Positions 14,755-30,301 are shown, counted from the first letter of the stretch. The stretch: DNA of 64,000 nt from Eledone cirrhosa (GCA_964016885.1 OZ024741.1:55738001-55802000), one strand, 5' to 3'. The notes: generated by a model from the sequence alone, not told the origin. Translations and numbers: made by a program.

Positions 14755-15399
14755 TAAACTCTTCTACCCTTCTATACTTTCTAGAATAAACTCTTCTACC
14801 CTTCTATACTTTCTAGAATAAACTCTTCTACCCTTCTATACTTTCTAGAATAAACTCTTCTACCCTTCTATACTTTCTAGAATAAACTCTTCTACCCTTC
14901 TATACTTTCTAGAATAAACTCTTCTACCCTTCTATACTTTCTAGAATAAACTCTTCTACCCTTCTATACTTTCTAGAATAAACTCTTCTACCCTTCTATA
15001 CTTTCTAGAATAAACTCTTCTACCCTTCTATACTTTCTAGAATAAACTCTTCTACCCTTCTATACTTTCTAGAATAAACTCTTCTACCCTTCTATACTTT
15101 CTAGAATAAACTCTTCTACCCTTCTATACTTTCTAGAATAAACTCTTCTACCCTTCTATACTTTCTAGAATAAACTCTTCTACCCTTCTATACTTTCTAG
15201 AATAAACTCTTCTACCCTTCTATACTTTCTAGAATAAACTCTTCTACCCTTCTATACTTTCTAGAATAAACTCTTCTACCCTTCTATACTTTCTAGAATA
15301 AACTCTTCTACCCTTCTATACTTTCTAGAATAAACTCTTCTACCCTTCTATACTTTCTAGAATAAACTCTTCTACCCTTCTATACTTTCTAGAATAAAC
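14755..15399. repeat. Perfect 32-bp minisatellite, 20 units
   Basis: TAAACTCTTCTACCCTTCTATACTTTCTAGAA repeated without visible variation. Confidence 0.95.
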
Positions 15400-15648
15400 A
15401 TCATAATTTTCTTCTACATTTTGGCACAGATTTTCTTCTGAATATCCAATTACCAAGTTTACTTATGTTGGAGCAGGCTAGGTTCACAGGATGTACTTCT
15501 AATTTGTATGTAATGTTTCTCGGTGGAAAAGAGAATTATAACATCTAATATACAGTCAATCACCTCTCCATAGTTTTCGATCCAATATTTCACCGCCGCC
15601 ATTCCCAAGTCATGTGTGTGTGTATAAAAGTGCGTCTGTGTATGTATG

Positions 15649-15695
<47 letters not shown>

Positions 15696-15790
15696 GTATG
15701 TATGTAAAAGGTAAACAGAAGTAACAACACAATCGGTACAGTATATGGAAGGGATATATTAGGTTAACGCTTGATATAGCAGGAAGAGGG

Positions 15791-15826
15791 TCTTAACGTT
15801 TCGGACGCTAGTCCTTCATCAGAAGA
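15791..15826 (-). ncRNA. Minimal type I hammerhead ribozyme (element spans ~15706-15925)
   Basis: Minus strand reads TCTT-CTGATGA-A-GGAC-TAGC-GTCC-GAAA-CG-TT-AAGA, with a palindromic AACGTT helix III. Confidence 0.9.
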
Positions 15827-15994
15827 AAGAATGAGAAATAAGATATATTGAGGGGACGGGCGGGATGGAATTGGAAAAAATGTCTTAAGATAAAAAATAA
15901 CAGGTCCATTCATGTTGACATCTCTTGCAAAACTGTTGGTGTATATATATACATTTATATATATGTGTGTGATAAGTTTATGAATAATTTAGGT

Positions 15995-16290
15995 GTTCAG
16001 CTCATGGTTGTCAGGTCATGAGTTCGAATCTCAGCTCCACGTTGTGTCCTTGGGCAAGACATCTCATCTCACGTTGCTCCAGTCGGCTCAGGTGGAAAAA
16101 TGAGTTGTACTTGTAATTCAATGTACCAGCCCTGTCATATCATGAAACACGCTGAATATCCCTGAGAACTATGTTAAGGGCACACGTGTATGTGGAATAC
16201 TCAGCCACGTGTACAATGATTTGACGAGCAGGCTGGTCTACTGATCGAATCAACTGAAGCACTCGTCGACGCAAACGACGGAGGTCCAAC
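15995..16290 (+). mobile_element. tRNA-derived CORE-type SINE
   Basis: B-box GAGTTCGAATCTC, then GTGTCCTTGGGCAAGACA...CACGTTGCTCCAGT. Second copy at 53760-54055. Confidence 0.8.
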
Positions 16291-16424
16291 AACAACATTT
16301 ACTTAAGACACCAGCTCAACCAATTACGCAATTTCCAAAAAGCCAATTTTCTAGAACTCGGTTAGATATTTTATGCTGTTTATATTTACACACGCGCACA
16401 CACAAACACACACACACGCACGCG

Positions 16425-16525
<101 letters not shown>

Positions 16526-16837
16526 GCGCGCGTGTGTGGGTGTGTGAGTGTTGGGAGTTGGGATGGAATTGATAAGAGTTGTTCGTCATTTTTCAACTTT
16601 CTGAGCAATACGTAAATTCGCCATGTATTCTTAGTGTGTATATTTATATATATACATTTACGCAGTCACGGTTAAGATGTATACATACATATATACCAAT
16701 ACATACATACATACATATGTTTATGTGTATGTATATATACATATATATATATACCCACCTACCCCCCACTCTCCTGAGCGTGAATTTAATAAACATTTAT
16801 CGTACTGCCTCTCTGTTCTGTCCATGTTCAATTTTTC

Positions 16838-16955
<118 letters not shown>

Positions 16956-17502
16956 GCACTTCGTCTTGCAGTTGTTAAACTGCTAAAATTTAGTTTAGCT
17001 AACGAAGGAACCTGTAAATGGTCGTTTATCTGCTAGAAATAGCAATCAAATCTCCCTCAACACATTGGAAGATGATGTGATGGTAGTTTACCTGCACATA
17101 GGACAAACTAGAGAATACGAACGTCATGGCTGCAATAACTTTAATCATAGGTCTGCTCGATCAGAACTGGTCAAAGTCTAAACAACAACAACAACGCCAT
17201 CTAAGATAATATCTGTGTTGAAATAGTGAACAAGAATTCACACAGAGATAAGAAATTGAAACATATGTTTTTGTCACTGGCATCTTGGACTAAATTCTGT
17301 ATTTCATTTAACAGCAATTTTGGAATACTTTCAGGCACATCTGGGACGGTGATGCTGCTACACATACAAAATAAAACTCTTAAACTGCATCAGAAATAAA
17401 ACCATCCGGCTGATTGACAAGGACACACTCACCAACACATTCCAGCCTCTGACACAGATAGATATATCCGTGAGTGGATCTGTGTGTGTATTTATATATA
17501 TA

Positions 17503-18113
17503 CTAGCAGTGGTACCCAACGTTGCACGGGATAAGGTATTTTGGAACACAGGCCACCAACAGACCTAATTGTGGAAAAACTTCATTGCCTGGACAATATG
17601 TAAAGAAAATAAACCGAATACTGGATGGCTGAATAATCTTTAAGATTTTCCTCGATGAAGCAGGAAAAATGCAGGTTTTCACCTAGAAGTTCAAGAAAAT
17701 GTGCATAATATGCCTTGAAATTTCGGGAAAATTGGCTAGACGTAACGCCTAAAAAAAGCCCTAAAAAGCTGAAAAAATGAAGTTTTTCACCTAATGCGGG
17801 CCCTAGGCCATAAAAAAGTTGGAGTTTCTTTACTCGCGGTATGAAGAAAAGACTGACTAATACATAGTTACAATTTCAAGGAAATCGGTCTGACGTAACG
17901 CCTCAAAAAAAACCTAAAAATCTGAAAAAACGCAGTTTTTCACCTAATGGGGGCCCTTGGGGATCAAAGAATTGTGCATAACACTCCCTGAAATCTAAGT
18001 AATACATATGTAAAGTTTGAAAAAAATCGGTTGGGTTCTTCTCGAGTTTTAGGGATTCAAACTCACAGACACACACACATACACACACACATCCTAAGTT
18101 TTATATATATAGA
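17503..18113 (-). mobile_element. Non-autonomous Helitron
   Basis: Minus-strand 5' TCTATATATATAAAACT, a subterminal (TG)n tract, and a 3' hairpin CCCGTGCAACGTTGGG followed by CTAG|T. Internal ~70 bp duplication (17740, 17892). Confidence 0.8.
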
Positions 18114-18173
18114 CATATATAAATATATATACATATATACATGTGTGTATATATTTATATATATATATATATG

Positions 18174-18303
<130 letters not shown>

Positions 18304-18661
18304 TATAGGGATATATATATTATTCAATTGAGGAAAGTTGGTTGATCAGATAATCCACCGACTTTGGTCGTGAACAGACATAAAGCACTCTATGGCTTTT
18401 GACGTGTTCTCGTCAGACAAGTGCAAAGTTGCTTTTTATATGCTACCCAAGCTATGAGCATGGTGGTAACAGTCCACTCCAGTAGCATATATAAAAAAAA
18501 CACCATAACTTTGCACCTGTCTGAAGAGAGACATGAAAGGGTTATTATGCAATTATTTTGATGTCTTTGAAATACGTATAACAAGATTATATAATAAACA
18601 GAGGTTGTACATATATAACCGTCTCACTTCTTTCTATATATATATATGTATATATATATAT

Positions 18662-19190
18662 ACGTCAAGTCGCTCTCGAATGCTACTGGTAACATGTAAC
18701 CCAGTACGACCTGTCTCATGGTTTGGTCGTCCGCGACTAAACTGGCTACCCCACAAAGCTTGCTTGGTGAGGAAGGTGATATTTGGACACCCTGCAGGAT
18801 GAAATACAAGACCCAGCAAAGGGCGGTGGAACTCAGCAGAGTCAACGGCCATCCAAATAGTACTTTTTTTTCCTCTCCTGGGAAGAGAGGGAAACTTTGA
18901 AAAAAAACCTACAGCTTCGGAAGCATCCAATTTTTTTTAACTGGGAGTGAAAGGCCCCCAGTTGTTGTCACAACACCTTTGTAAGAGAGGGAACCTCTGA
19001 AAAAAAATCTCCGGCTTTGGAAGCATCTGATGATGTTGACCAGTTCTCCTTTTTGAGCAGTGTTTTCGATGCTCAGTGGGATTGGTCAAGTGCAAGGCCT
19101 TTCCCCACTTAAAAAACCTTCAAAGAAAAGGCATTGCTTGTTCAGGATATGTTACAGGTTTGTGTGGTTGGCCGTAGCCTAAAATTGCAC
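18662..19190 (+). mobile_element. Diverged RTE-derived non-autonomous element
   Basis: GCTACTGGTAACATGTAACCCAGTACGACCTGTCTCATGG...CGACTAAACTGG is homologous to 53080-53150. Confidence 0.65.
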
Positions 19191-19290
19191 CAAACTCTAT
19201 ATTTGCACCAAATACATATAGGGGAACAAGTATTATCCAACCGTATGCCAATGTGGTTCTATGGCGGGTTAATAAATTAACAAGCCAGAA

Positions 19291-19808
19291 CATATAAAAT
19301 CAAGGTCTAGCAAATAGAGAAAAAGTTTTTAAATAAATTTTAAATAATTCGCAGTACTTACTATATGTGCCTTTACTGCGGTTTCATGCTCCAGAATAAA
19401 CGGAAAATCCAAGCGGATTTCCATTGAGAAGGGAGCAATCTTCAGAAGGCTCTTCTCCCTCGGAGAATATAAAATTCCCGAGTTCGAATCACAAACTGAC
19501 GCCATACAAAACCATTCCCAAAATGAGATCAAATGATGAATGAAAGAAATAATTCTGTCTGGTGCCGTGTTCAAAGACAAAAGGCAGAGTGGACAGGTCA
19601 ATGTCCTGCCACTAGAAATAGCAGCAGTCCAAACGGCCAAAATGTTATCTCTACCTTAGGGGGAGATCAATAATAATAAAGTATGAATTCCTATGTGTAA
19701 TCCGTTTATTCTGGAGCATGAAACCGCGGTAAAGGCACATATAGTAAGTACTGTGAATTTTTTAAAATTTATTTTAAAACTTTTTCTCTATTTGCTAGAC
19801 TTTGATTT

Positions 19809-19812
<4 letters not shown>
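19291..19812. mobile_element. Fold-back PLE-like element with hammerhead at 19369-19450 (-)
   Basis: Arms ~19292-19404 and 19701-19812 are inverted. Minus strand reads GCCTT-CTGAAGA-T-TGCTCC...GGAGCA-T-GAAA-CCGC(A/G)G-TA-AAGGC. Confidence 0.85.
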
Positions 19813-19894
<82 letters not shown>

Positions 19895-19920
19895 TGTGTG
19901 TATGAATATATGTATGTATG

Positions 19921-20132
19921 CAAAAGGCAAACAGAAATAACAAAGCAAATGACACAGTACAATGAAGAAATATAATAGTTTTAGGCTTCATATAGTTGGA
20001 AAAAAAGGCTTAACGTTTCAGACACTAGTCCTTCATCAAAAGAAATAGAAAGATAGAGAGGGCAGTGACAGAAATGGAAATAAAATTCTTAGAGAAAAAA
20101 AAAACAGGTCCATTCATGTTGCCATCTCATGG
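19921..20132 (-). mobile_element. Diverged copy of the 15706-15925 element (hammerhead core C3U)
   Basis: Minus strand TTGATGAAGGACTAGTGTCTGAAACGTTAAG at ~20009-20043. Confidence 0.7.
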
Positions 20133-20135
20133 GTA

Positions 20136-20182
<47 letters not shown>

Positions 20183-20203
20183 ATATATGTGTGTGTATGT
20201 ATA

Positions 20204-20275
<72 letters not shown>

Positions 20276-20342
20276 CGTCCAAACCCATGCAAGCGTGGAA
20301 TATGGACGTTCAACGATGATGATGATGATGATGATGATGATG

Positions 20343-20386
<44 letters not shown>

Positions 20387-20491
20387 TTGTGTATATGTAT
20401 ATATATGTATATATAAACCAGAATCAGTTCCCGTCCCAAAGCGGACGTAAAATGATGATGATGATGATGTATATATATATATATATATATA

Positions 20492-21610
<1,119 letters not shown>

Positions 21611-21776
21611 TAAGTATTTTCGAAGAAAAGGCAAAGGAAAAAAGAGTGCTCTATGTGTAGAGCAGAGCTATTTAATTAGAAATATATAACTACGAGACGT
21701 ATGTTAATATTATCTAGGGTCCTGAAACCTTTGGTAATGGAGCAATTATATATTGTGTTGTTCACTTTCTAATTAA

Positions 21777-21901
<125 letters not shown>

Positions 21902-21937
21902 TGTGTGTATTATACATATATATGCAAATATGCATAT

Positions 21938-21996
<59 letters not shown>

Positions 21997-22407
21997 GTAG
22001 AATAATGAGAAGAAAGCAGAAAAGGAAGAAAATGGACGTGGGAAGATCACACAAACATTTAGTATCACTCATCAGTTTTAAGACCGTTGAAACCACAGCC
22101 GGTTTAAATGCTAATGAGTGTAAGTAGATGTTTGTGTGATCTCTCGTCCAAGTTTTTCCTTTTCTCCTTTCTTCTGTTCACTTCTGCGGGCCAACACACT
22201 TCTAGCCGCCAATTTCTATCCTTTGAGGTAAATGTTACCCGATGCCACCATTGACGGCATTTTGCTGTTTTAACAGCTTCCTTGCGTTGAGCCCTTCTCA
22301 TTCTACGATTGCTAATACACTCGCGCTTCAAACTTGATCTTCGAGATAGATTTGGTTATATTTATATATAGGTGTGTGTGTGTGTCTGTGAGGGTGTGTG
22401 TGTGTAT

Positions 22408-22587
22408 CAAATAGTGTGGTAAAAAACCAAGTGGACCATAACTCACCAGAGTACTCGATACTTGGGGTAGTAGAGTGGGTAATATGAAAAGATTCAGGAC
22501 CCCGACGGCTGAGCTCCGCCGTTTCGGCAGTTAGTTCGGATCTAGCTGTTGAAACGGCCGGAGCTCAGCCGTCGGGGTTCTGAATCT

Positions 22588-22594
<7 letters not shown>
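22408..22594. mobile_element. Fold-back PLE-like terminus with half-hammerhead
   Basis: Inverted arms ATGAAAAGATTCAGGACCCCGACGGCTGAGCTCCG / CGGAGCTCAGCCGTCGGGGTTCTGAATCTTTTCAT, with GAAACGGC...GCCGTC. Confidence 0.7.
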
Positions 22595-22623
<29 letters not shown>

Positions 22624-23259
22624 GGGGGGGGGTATGTTTATATAAGAGACAACAATATCTGTGTGTGCGCCTGTGTGAATTATCCTTGTAAATATTTTCT
22701 ACTGATAATTGCCTATAACCTATACTTTGACATGTGTATCTGTGTGTGTGTGTGTGTGTGTGTGTACGTGTGTACGTGTGTACGTGTGTACGTGTGTACG
22801 TGTGTATGAGTGTGTGTACGTGTGTGTGTGCATATGAGTTTATGAGTGAGATTCTGTATTCCACTCTACCCACTTGCTGCCATTACCTTCACTTCCATCA
22901 TCTCGTTATCCCACTCTTCCCCTGTGTATATCTGAAGGCTGTTTCAAGCCTGACGGTTCATTAAGCCGGTGCTTATCCCAGATACCTTGCGATTAAGCAA
23001 TTGAGAATACAAGACTGTCACACTCACTCCTGAATAGGACTCTAGTCCATCGCGATGTGAAACTCCCGATGTACTTGAGCAACGTGAAATGAAGTATTTT
23101 TCTGAAGAACACAACACACAATCCGGTCCAAGAAATGAACGCACGACATTATGATCTTAAGTCCAATACCCTAACCTTTAGGTCATGCGCCTTCCCCTAC
23201 ATACGACGGCCAAAGGGGACAGTGACCGTGTACCATCAGCAATAATTTAATTTACTCAC

Positions 23260-24769
23260 CTTTATGAATGACATTGGTTGTTTTGGCGTCTGGTTTTCTT
23301 TCCAAAAACGTCTCCAGTAATTCCCCCACTTGAGATAATTGCTGCTGTATCATCCTTAAGTCTTTTTCATTGAATTCGCATTTCCCCGAAGAATGCTGGG
23401 GTGGGGTTTTAATGAAAGTCGGTGATTTGGCTGGTTTCTTATCGAATAATTTTGAAAGAATGCTTCTATCTTGTTCTTCAGATTTCACTAATGGGATAAT
23501 CTCTGATCTAGAATCAGCCAATTCTTTATAAAGCATATTTGTGGAACTTAAACTCTCATTTAACACTTTACCCCATGTGTTTAATTCATGCAGAATATGT
23601 GGTATCCATATTGTAGAGCTTGACAAAGCTTCCACTAGTTTTACAATTCGCTCGGAGTTATTTTTAGAAACTTCCAAAGAATGATGAGTTGAAAAAAGGT
23701 AATCCTCTAATTCGTCGTGTTTCTCAGAGAGAAATTCTAATTTTTCGGCAATCAATGAGAATTCATCTTTAAAATCTACTGCTTCAGATCGCTTGCTGAG
23801 TCGTGGGGACCCCGTACTTAGCGATCCGGTTGTGATTCTGTCTTGTGGGTGGTCGTTAATGAATTTTACCCGTGAAACCAATGTGTTATGGTCGTTATCT
23901 GTTTTGACAATCGAAGCTTCCAATTTTTCCAAGCGATTGTTTATGTCTTTGAAAGCATCGGATTTTATAAGATTTCCATTCAGGTGACTTGATGAAATAT
24001 TAGCAAGTGATAAATTCCTTTGGTTTTCAGCCGAAATGTTCAACAGTAAGTTGTTGACATGTGTTTTCATCGAGTCATCTAATACTTTAAACCCTTTTTC
24101 TATGTACGTCTGGAGCTGGTTGAGATTCAGAGGATAACTTTCGTTATCAAAGATCTCCGCAGCTTCTTCCAGATCAACATTATCCGGGAAATACGTATGC
24201 GTTTTATCGACAAAGTTTCCGTGAATTATTTCCGGTGGTTTCCGCTGAAGATCGTCTTCTATTCCACTTATAATGGAATGAGTCGGTAGTTCACCAAATA
24301 CACCGGTGTTACGGTTTCGATAGTCCAAAAATTCTTTGCTTAACGCGTGGATACTGTTCCTCACAGTTCTTGTTTCAATATCAACATGGCTGATTTCTCC
24401 GTGCAAACTGTTCATCACTATATTGACAGCTTGAAGATTTTTTGTCACTTGATTAAACTGACGAGACAAATAAAACTGCATGTTGTTTATGCCACGTTCT
24501 AACGATAGCAGACGAGTGCTGAGTGTGTCGAATTTTATATCAACTATCTGGAGCATAGATCGAATGACACTGTCCTCAAATGATACATCTTCGGTTTCAC
24601 CACTCAATCGACGTGCAATTGGTCGATTTGCGAAACTGTGATCGTCTTGGCGAGGACGCTTAGGATTATCATCTGGTAAAGAGATTTCCTGGCCAAAAGA
24701 AATAATTGTTGCAGAACACAAAACAGTTACTAAAAAGGGGCTGACGAGATTTTTTAATATGGGTACCAT
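23260..24769 (-). CDS. First coding exon of a secreted coiled-coil-rich protein (family unassigned)
   Basis: 503-codon open, non-repetitive frame. ATG at 24769 is followed by a hydrophobic signal peptide (MVPILKNLVSPFLVTVLCSATIISFG), heptad-rich segments and several NxS sites. It ends at the donor AAAG|GTGAGT (phase 1). An upstream polypyrimidine-TAG acceptor places the exon start at 24982. Confidence 0.85.
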
Positions 24770-25218
24770 TTTCAACGCAGCTATCAATTTGAATTACGGT
24801 TATTTCTGTTAAATATGTCAATGTTTTTTTAATTTTTTGAGAATTTTTCTTTTCAAATCAACAGCTTATGTATGCAAATCCATTTAATATATACATAAAT
24901 ATATACGAAATATATATATATTGGTGCTGATATGATGTATTTTCTTGGTTCTTTAACTTCTAAATTCGTTGTTAATCCAAGGCTAGAATAAATGGAAACA
25001 AGAAAAATAATCATGAAATATTAACTACTATTAAACATTTAAATGAAAGGAAATGGGAGAAAAATGGAAGTTTTATATATAATTTGCAAGAAATAAGTTT
25101 TGTTAAAAATAAATGTGTTTATTTTACTTAAGTAATGTGAGACGGGGCGATGACTAAGTGTGACTGGAGGGTAGATGTTTGAGGGATTGTTAAATAACTG
25201 CGTGTGTATATATATATG

Positions 25219-25308
<90 letters not shown>

Positions 25309-25424
25309 TGCGTGTGTGTGTGTACGTGCGTGCGTGTGTGTGCATATGAGTGCGTTGTTTATAACGAACGAGAGATAAAGTACTCAACGCATGTTATAGA
25401 ATTTTTGAATGACACATTCCTAAT

Positions 25425-25430
25425 CCTACA

Positions 25431-25491
<61 letters not shown>

Positions 25492-25777
25492 TTACTACTA
25501 CTACTACTACAACAACTAATACTACTGTTACTACTACTACTACTACTACTACTACTACAACTACTACTACTACAACTACTACTACTACTATTGCTACTAC
25601 TACTACTATTACTACTATCACTACAGTAGCATCAACAACAAGGACGAAAACAACATCAACTACAACTAGAATGACTACAGCAAAATCAACAACTACAATT
25701 ACTGTTACAACAACTACAACAACGACAACTACAACAACAATTACTGTTACAACAACGACAACTACAGCAGCAACAGC

Positions 25778-25811
<34 letters not shown>

Positions 25812-25822
25812 GTTACTACCAC
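25425..25822. repeat. (ACT)n/(ACA)n trinucleotide microsatellite
   Basis: Direct reading. Confidence 0.95.
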
Positions 25823-27512
25823 ATTTATTTTAAAAAAATCCCAGGCGTTTTCAAATGGGAAATAGCGAACATAAAAAAAATCATAAACAAATCTATTTCA
25901 AATAATAACACTAGAGATATTTAACAACGGAAAATAAAGGGAAGGACAAGGGCTCTGGGGTTACAGAAGAATGGGAAGAGGAGGTGGGCTCTAGGCCTAG
26001 GGTGCGGCAATGTTGGGGCGGCGCCTCGCAGAGAAGACCGCAAAAGCATACTAACCAACGATTAGTTCGAACATGAAATGGTTTTTAAAAAAGCCAAAGC
26101 AGCCGATACTGAAACTAGTGTGGTTCTTAAGTGGGTCATTAATTGTTTCTACATTTGGCACAAGGCCAGCAATTACCCAGTGCATTACTGGTACTTTATT
26201 TTATCGACCCCCGTAAGGATGAAAGGCAAAGTTAACCTCGGCGGGATTTGAACTCAGAATGGAAAGGGACGTAACTCTATGCGTCAAAGCATGGCGTCTG
26301 ACTCTCTACCGATGCTGCCAATCCACCACCCTGTGGTTTTTAAGTGGGTCATTAATACCAGCTGGTCAGACGACTGACTCAATGTGGTAAGACGTAAAAA
26401 ATAAACCGATTTTTAAACATCCGGTGTTAAGAACACAAAACACATACTTGTAGATGGTCTAAGTATGTTCTACGTGTATATATGTATGTATGTATGTACA
26501 TATAGGATACGTTACATAGACCTACACGGGCATATACACATTTTCATACCCATACACATTCACTTATACACATTTACACTTACACATATGCACACGTGTG
26601 TATGTGTGTATGTGTATCACCATTTAGCATCCGCTTTCCATGTGTGTATATATATATATATATGTAGATATATATATGTGTGTGTGTACATATATATTTA
26701 CGTACATATATGTGTGTGTGCGCGCGTGTGTGTATACATGCATACATTACATACAAATATAAGAACATACATACATACGTACGTACATACATACATATAT
26801 ACATACATACATGCATACATACATACATACATAAAAACACACATACATACATAAAAACATACATAGATAAAAAACATACATGCATACATACATAAAAAAC
26901 ATACATACAAGCATACATACATATACACGCGCACACATACATACATACATGCATACATACATAAAAACATACATACATACATGCATATATTCACACACAC
27001 ACATACATACATACACATACATACTTTCATACATACATGCATACATAAACACACATACAAGCATACATACATACATATACACACAGACATACATACATGC
27101 ATACACACATGCATACATACATACATACATACATACATACATACATACATACATACATACATACATACATACATACACACACACATGTTTACATACATGC
27201 ATTCATACATACATATATATACACACACACACACATACATACATACATACATACATACATACATACATACATACATACATACATACATACATACATACAT
27301 ACATACATACATACATGTACAGCTATTATGCAAACAAGACATGTAGAAATGTGTTACTTTCAGAGAATGTAAGCAGATGGACGTTATAGTGTTGGCATTG
27401 ATAGAAGCGTGAAATGATTTAAAGATTAGATTTTTTTAATATGGTAGGGTGATATATGGGTGAAAGTAGATAGAAAGTGGGTGAGATAGATCGACAAATA
27501 GACAGATAAACT

Positions 27513-27584
<72 letters not shown>

Positions 27585-28019
27585 TGGAAAGATGGATAGA
27601 TAGATAAATACATACATACACACACATACATACACACATACACACACACACATACATACACACATACATACACATATACACATATACACACATACATACA
27701 TACATACATACATACATACATACATACATACATACATACATACATACATACATACATACATACATACATACATACATACATACATAATAGATAGATAGAT
27801 AGAGGAAAGGTGAAGATTTTATTTAAGAAGGAAATACTTAGTTATGTGGAAATGTGATGTGGAAATGGAGGGAAGCGAGGAACTTGTTATAAACGACATC
27901 TGGCAATGGTTGTGGTGAAGGCGGCGACGGTGGTGAGAAGAGGTGTTGGTGGTGATGTTTGTGGTTATGGTGGGGGCGGTAGTAATTATGTCTTCTCTCC
28001 TTCGCCCACATATTCCACA

Positions 28020-28482
28020 TATTCCTGAGAGGGTCGTGGTAACTGAGTCCTTAAACACTCCTTCAAGAAGCAACCGTCTCCAACTGATCCGGATCGATCA
28101 CAAAGCGACACCAGTCAAGTTTATTGATGTTATCCAACCATCATGCTCGGGGTTTACCCCTGGGTCATGTGCCGGTTGGTTTTGCCCGTAACATCTGTCC
28201 AGCGATTCTTTCCTGAGACATTCTAACCATATGCCCATAGTGTCGGAGCTGTGATCTCTCGATTAGGAGAAGTAGTGACTCTACCTGGAGTGACTCTCTC
28301 ATCTCTGAGCTACACACTATATTGAGTAACGTTACTCCGAAGACCCTTCAGAGGAACCCCATTGGGGGGGGGGGGGGGGCTTGTATTCCGATCGTATTCT
28401 TTCGGTGATTACCTAAGATTCATGACCATAGGTAAGGGGTGGCACGAATACCGAATTGAAGATAGGGAGTTTGGCTTTTACC
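28020..28482 (-). mobile_element. RTE (Expander/Rex3-like) LINE 3' fragment
   Basis: Minus-strand translation with stops: KAKLPIFNSVFVPPLTYGHES*VITERIRS...IERSQLRHYGHMVRMSQERI...PRGKPR. Confidence 0.85.
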
Positions 28483-28552
28483 CCAAGTATCGAGTACTCT
28501 CTTGAGTAATGGGCTAACCAGTTCCAAACTGAATCGATCTTGATTTATATAT

Positions 28553-28750
28553 ATAACGAAGGAATTGTGGTAAGGAACCAGATGGACCATAACGCACCAA
28601 AGTACTCAATACTTAGGGTAGTAGAGTGGGTAATAAGAACAAGTATGACCCCGACGGCAGAGCTCAAGCCGTTTCTACGGCTATTTCTGGACTAGAGATA
28701 GCCGTCGAAACGGCTTGAGCTCTGCCGTCGGGGTCATACTTGTTCCTATA
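28553..28750. mobile_element. Fold-back PLE-like terminus with half-hammerhead
   Basis: ~55 bp near-perfect inverted arms centred at ~28691: GAACAAGTATGACCCCGACGGCAGAGCTCAAGCCGTTTC...GAAACGGCTTGAGCTCTGCCGTCGGGGTCATACTTGTTC. Confidence 0.75.
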
Positions 28751-28808
28751 TATATATGGGTATATGTGTGTATGTATGTGTGCATATATGGACGTGTGTA
28801 TGCATATA

Positions 28809-28865
<57 letters not shown>

Positions 28866-29378
28866 CTGTGTGTGTATGCGTATATATGTATGTATGCGTG
28901 TGTGGTATATATATACATTTCTATGATTTTATGTCCTTTAATTATTTTTTTCTTCTGGTAATTATTCTTGGTTTATACAACTATCTGCCTATCTACATAT
29001 GTGTAACATTACATACCATCCTTTGTAAAGATGGATATAAGGATATGTGATTTAATGGATCGTGCGGATGTTTTATTTTTGTATGTAAGTATATATGAGA
29101 GTTCAAGGTATACAAAATTCAGATATAGTTTATTCAAACTTTTAGCTCTTCATAATTATGATTATGTGCGAATGGACGTACATTTCCTCTCACTCTATCC
29201 ATCATCACCAAACTCTCCCCCTCTCTATATCTATCAATACTTATCTCTATCAGTCCTCTCACTCTATTTATAACCACCAAACTGTCTCCCGCTCTACATC
29301 AACCATACAACACTCTCTCCCAATCACCCTCTCTATATAAATTTACAACAAACTCTCCCCCTCTCTATAACTACTACT

Positions 29379-30301
29379 ATGAAAATATTGAAACCACGAA
29401 ACCAAAGCCGGTAAATAATACCAGCACCAACAACAAGAACAATGACAATAACACCACAACCAACAACTGCAACAATAGCAACACCAAGGAAAACATGAAC
29501 AATATTACCAACAGTGACAACAACAGCAGCAACAAAAAAGACAACAACACCAAAATAACGTTCGCACAGACTGTAAAAAAAAACGAACTATACACGCCAA
29601 TTGACATAACAAATGCTAAACAACAACTACAAGACGCAAAACAATTCGTGACTTTTGGCGAAAACGGTGCTTTTAGCATCAATTCTCCACAGGAATTACG
29701 TAGAGAGGCTGTCCTGAAAACCACAGTTTTCAGGACAATATCGAACGAAACAAGAAAACCAGCTCAATTATCACAAAATGAAATTGAGCTGGTTCTAAAA
29801 GATGCAATGAAGGACATAACCTTCATACAAAAAAGAAAACTGTTTGGTAGCATTTCGGTGTTAATGAATAACCAGTCAACAGCACAAAAATACTCGGTAG
29901 CACCCATTGTGTCCTCCCGCTTCACCTTTTTCCCCACATACAGGGGAAAAAGGACACAAAGAATAACAATTATGAGTATCACACCAAATGTAAATATTTG
30001 GTAGATACTATGTGGATTCATTGACAGGATAATTTCAATAGGAAAGTCCTCCGGAGGTGTATTTGGTGGTACCAGTGTAGAAGTTCTGGTGCAAATGAGC
30101 CCAGAACGAATAGCGAATATCCCACAACGCGTGCCTCTGGACGGGCTAACTTATATAAACATTTCAGTGGAGGGAAGGCGGCCGTCATGTTACCACTGCT
30201 TAAGCAGGGGTCACCTGAGGGCTGCCTGTCCTCAATTAACGAGTAAAAAAAAAGGCTCTTCTGCCAACCCCGAACACAACAACACAACCACCACCACCAC
30301 C

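Noticed and set aside
14755-15399. CRISPR-like array (32-bp repeats)
   Set aside because: The units are directly adjacent with no spacers, there are no cas genes, and the context is eukaryotic.
17240-17360. Possible downstream exon on the minus strand (ITVPDVPESIPKLLLNEIQNL...)
   Set aside because: An acceptor-like site is present, but the open frame needs a phase-2 junction, not the phase 1 offered by the 23260 donor. No recognisable domain.
24770-24787. ORF-track start MIAALK and terminal GE* of the 511-aa ORF
   Set aside because: The track starts at TTG; the first ATG is 24769. The stop at 23252 lies inside the intron, after a GTGAGT donor.
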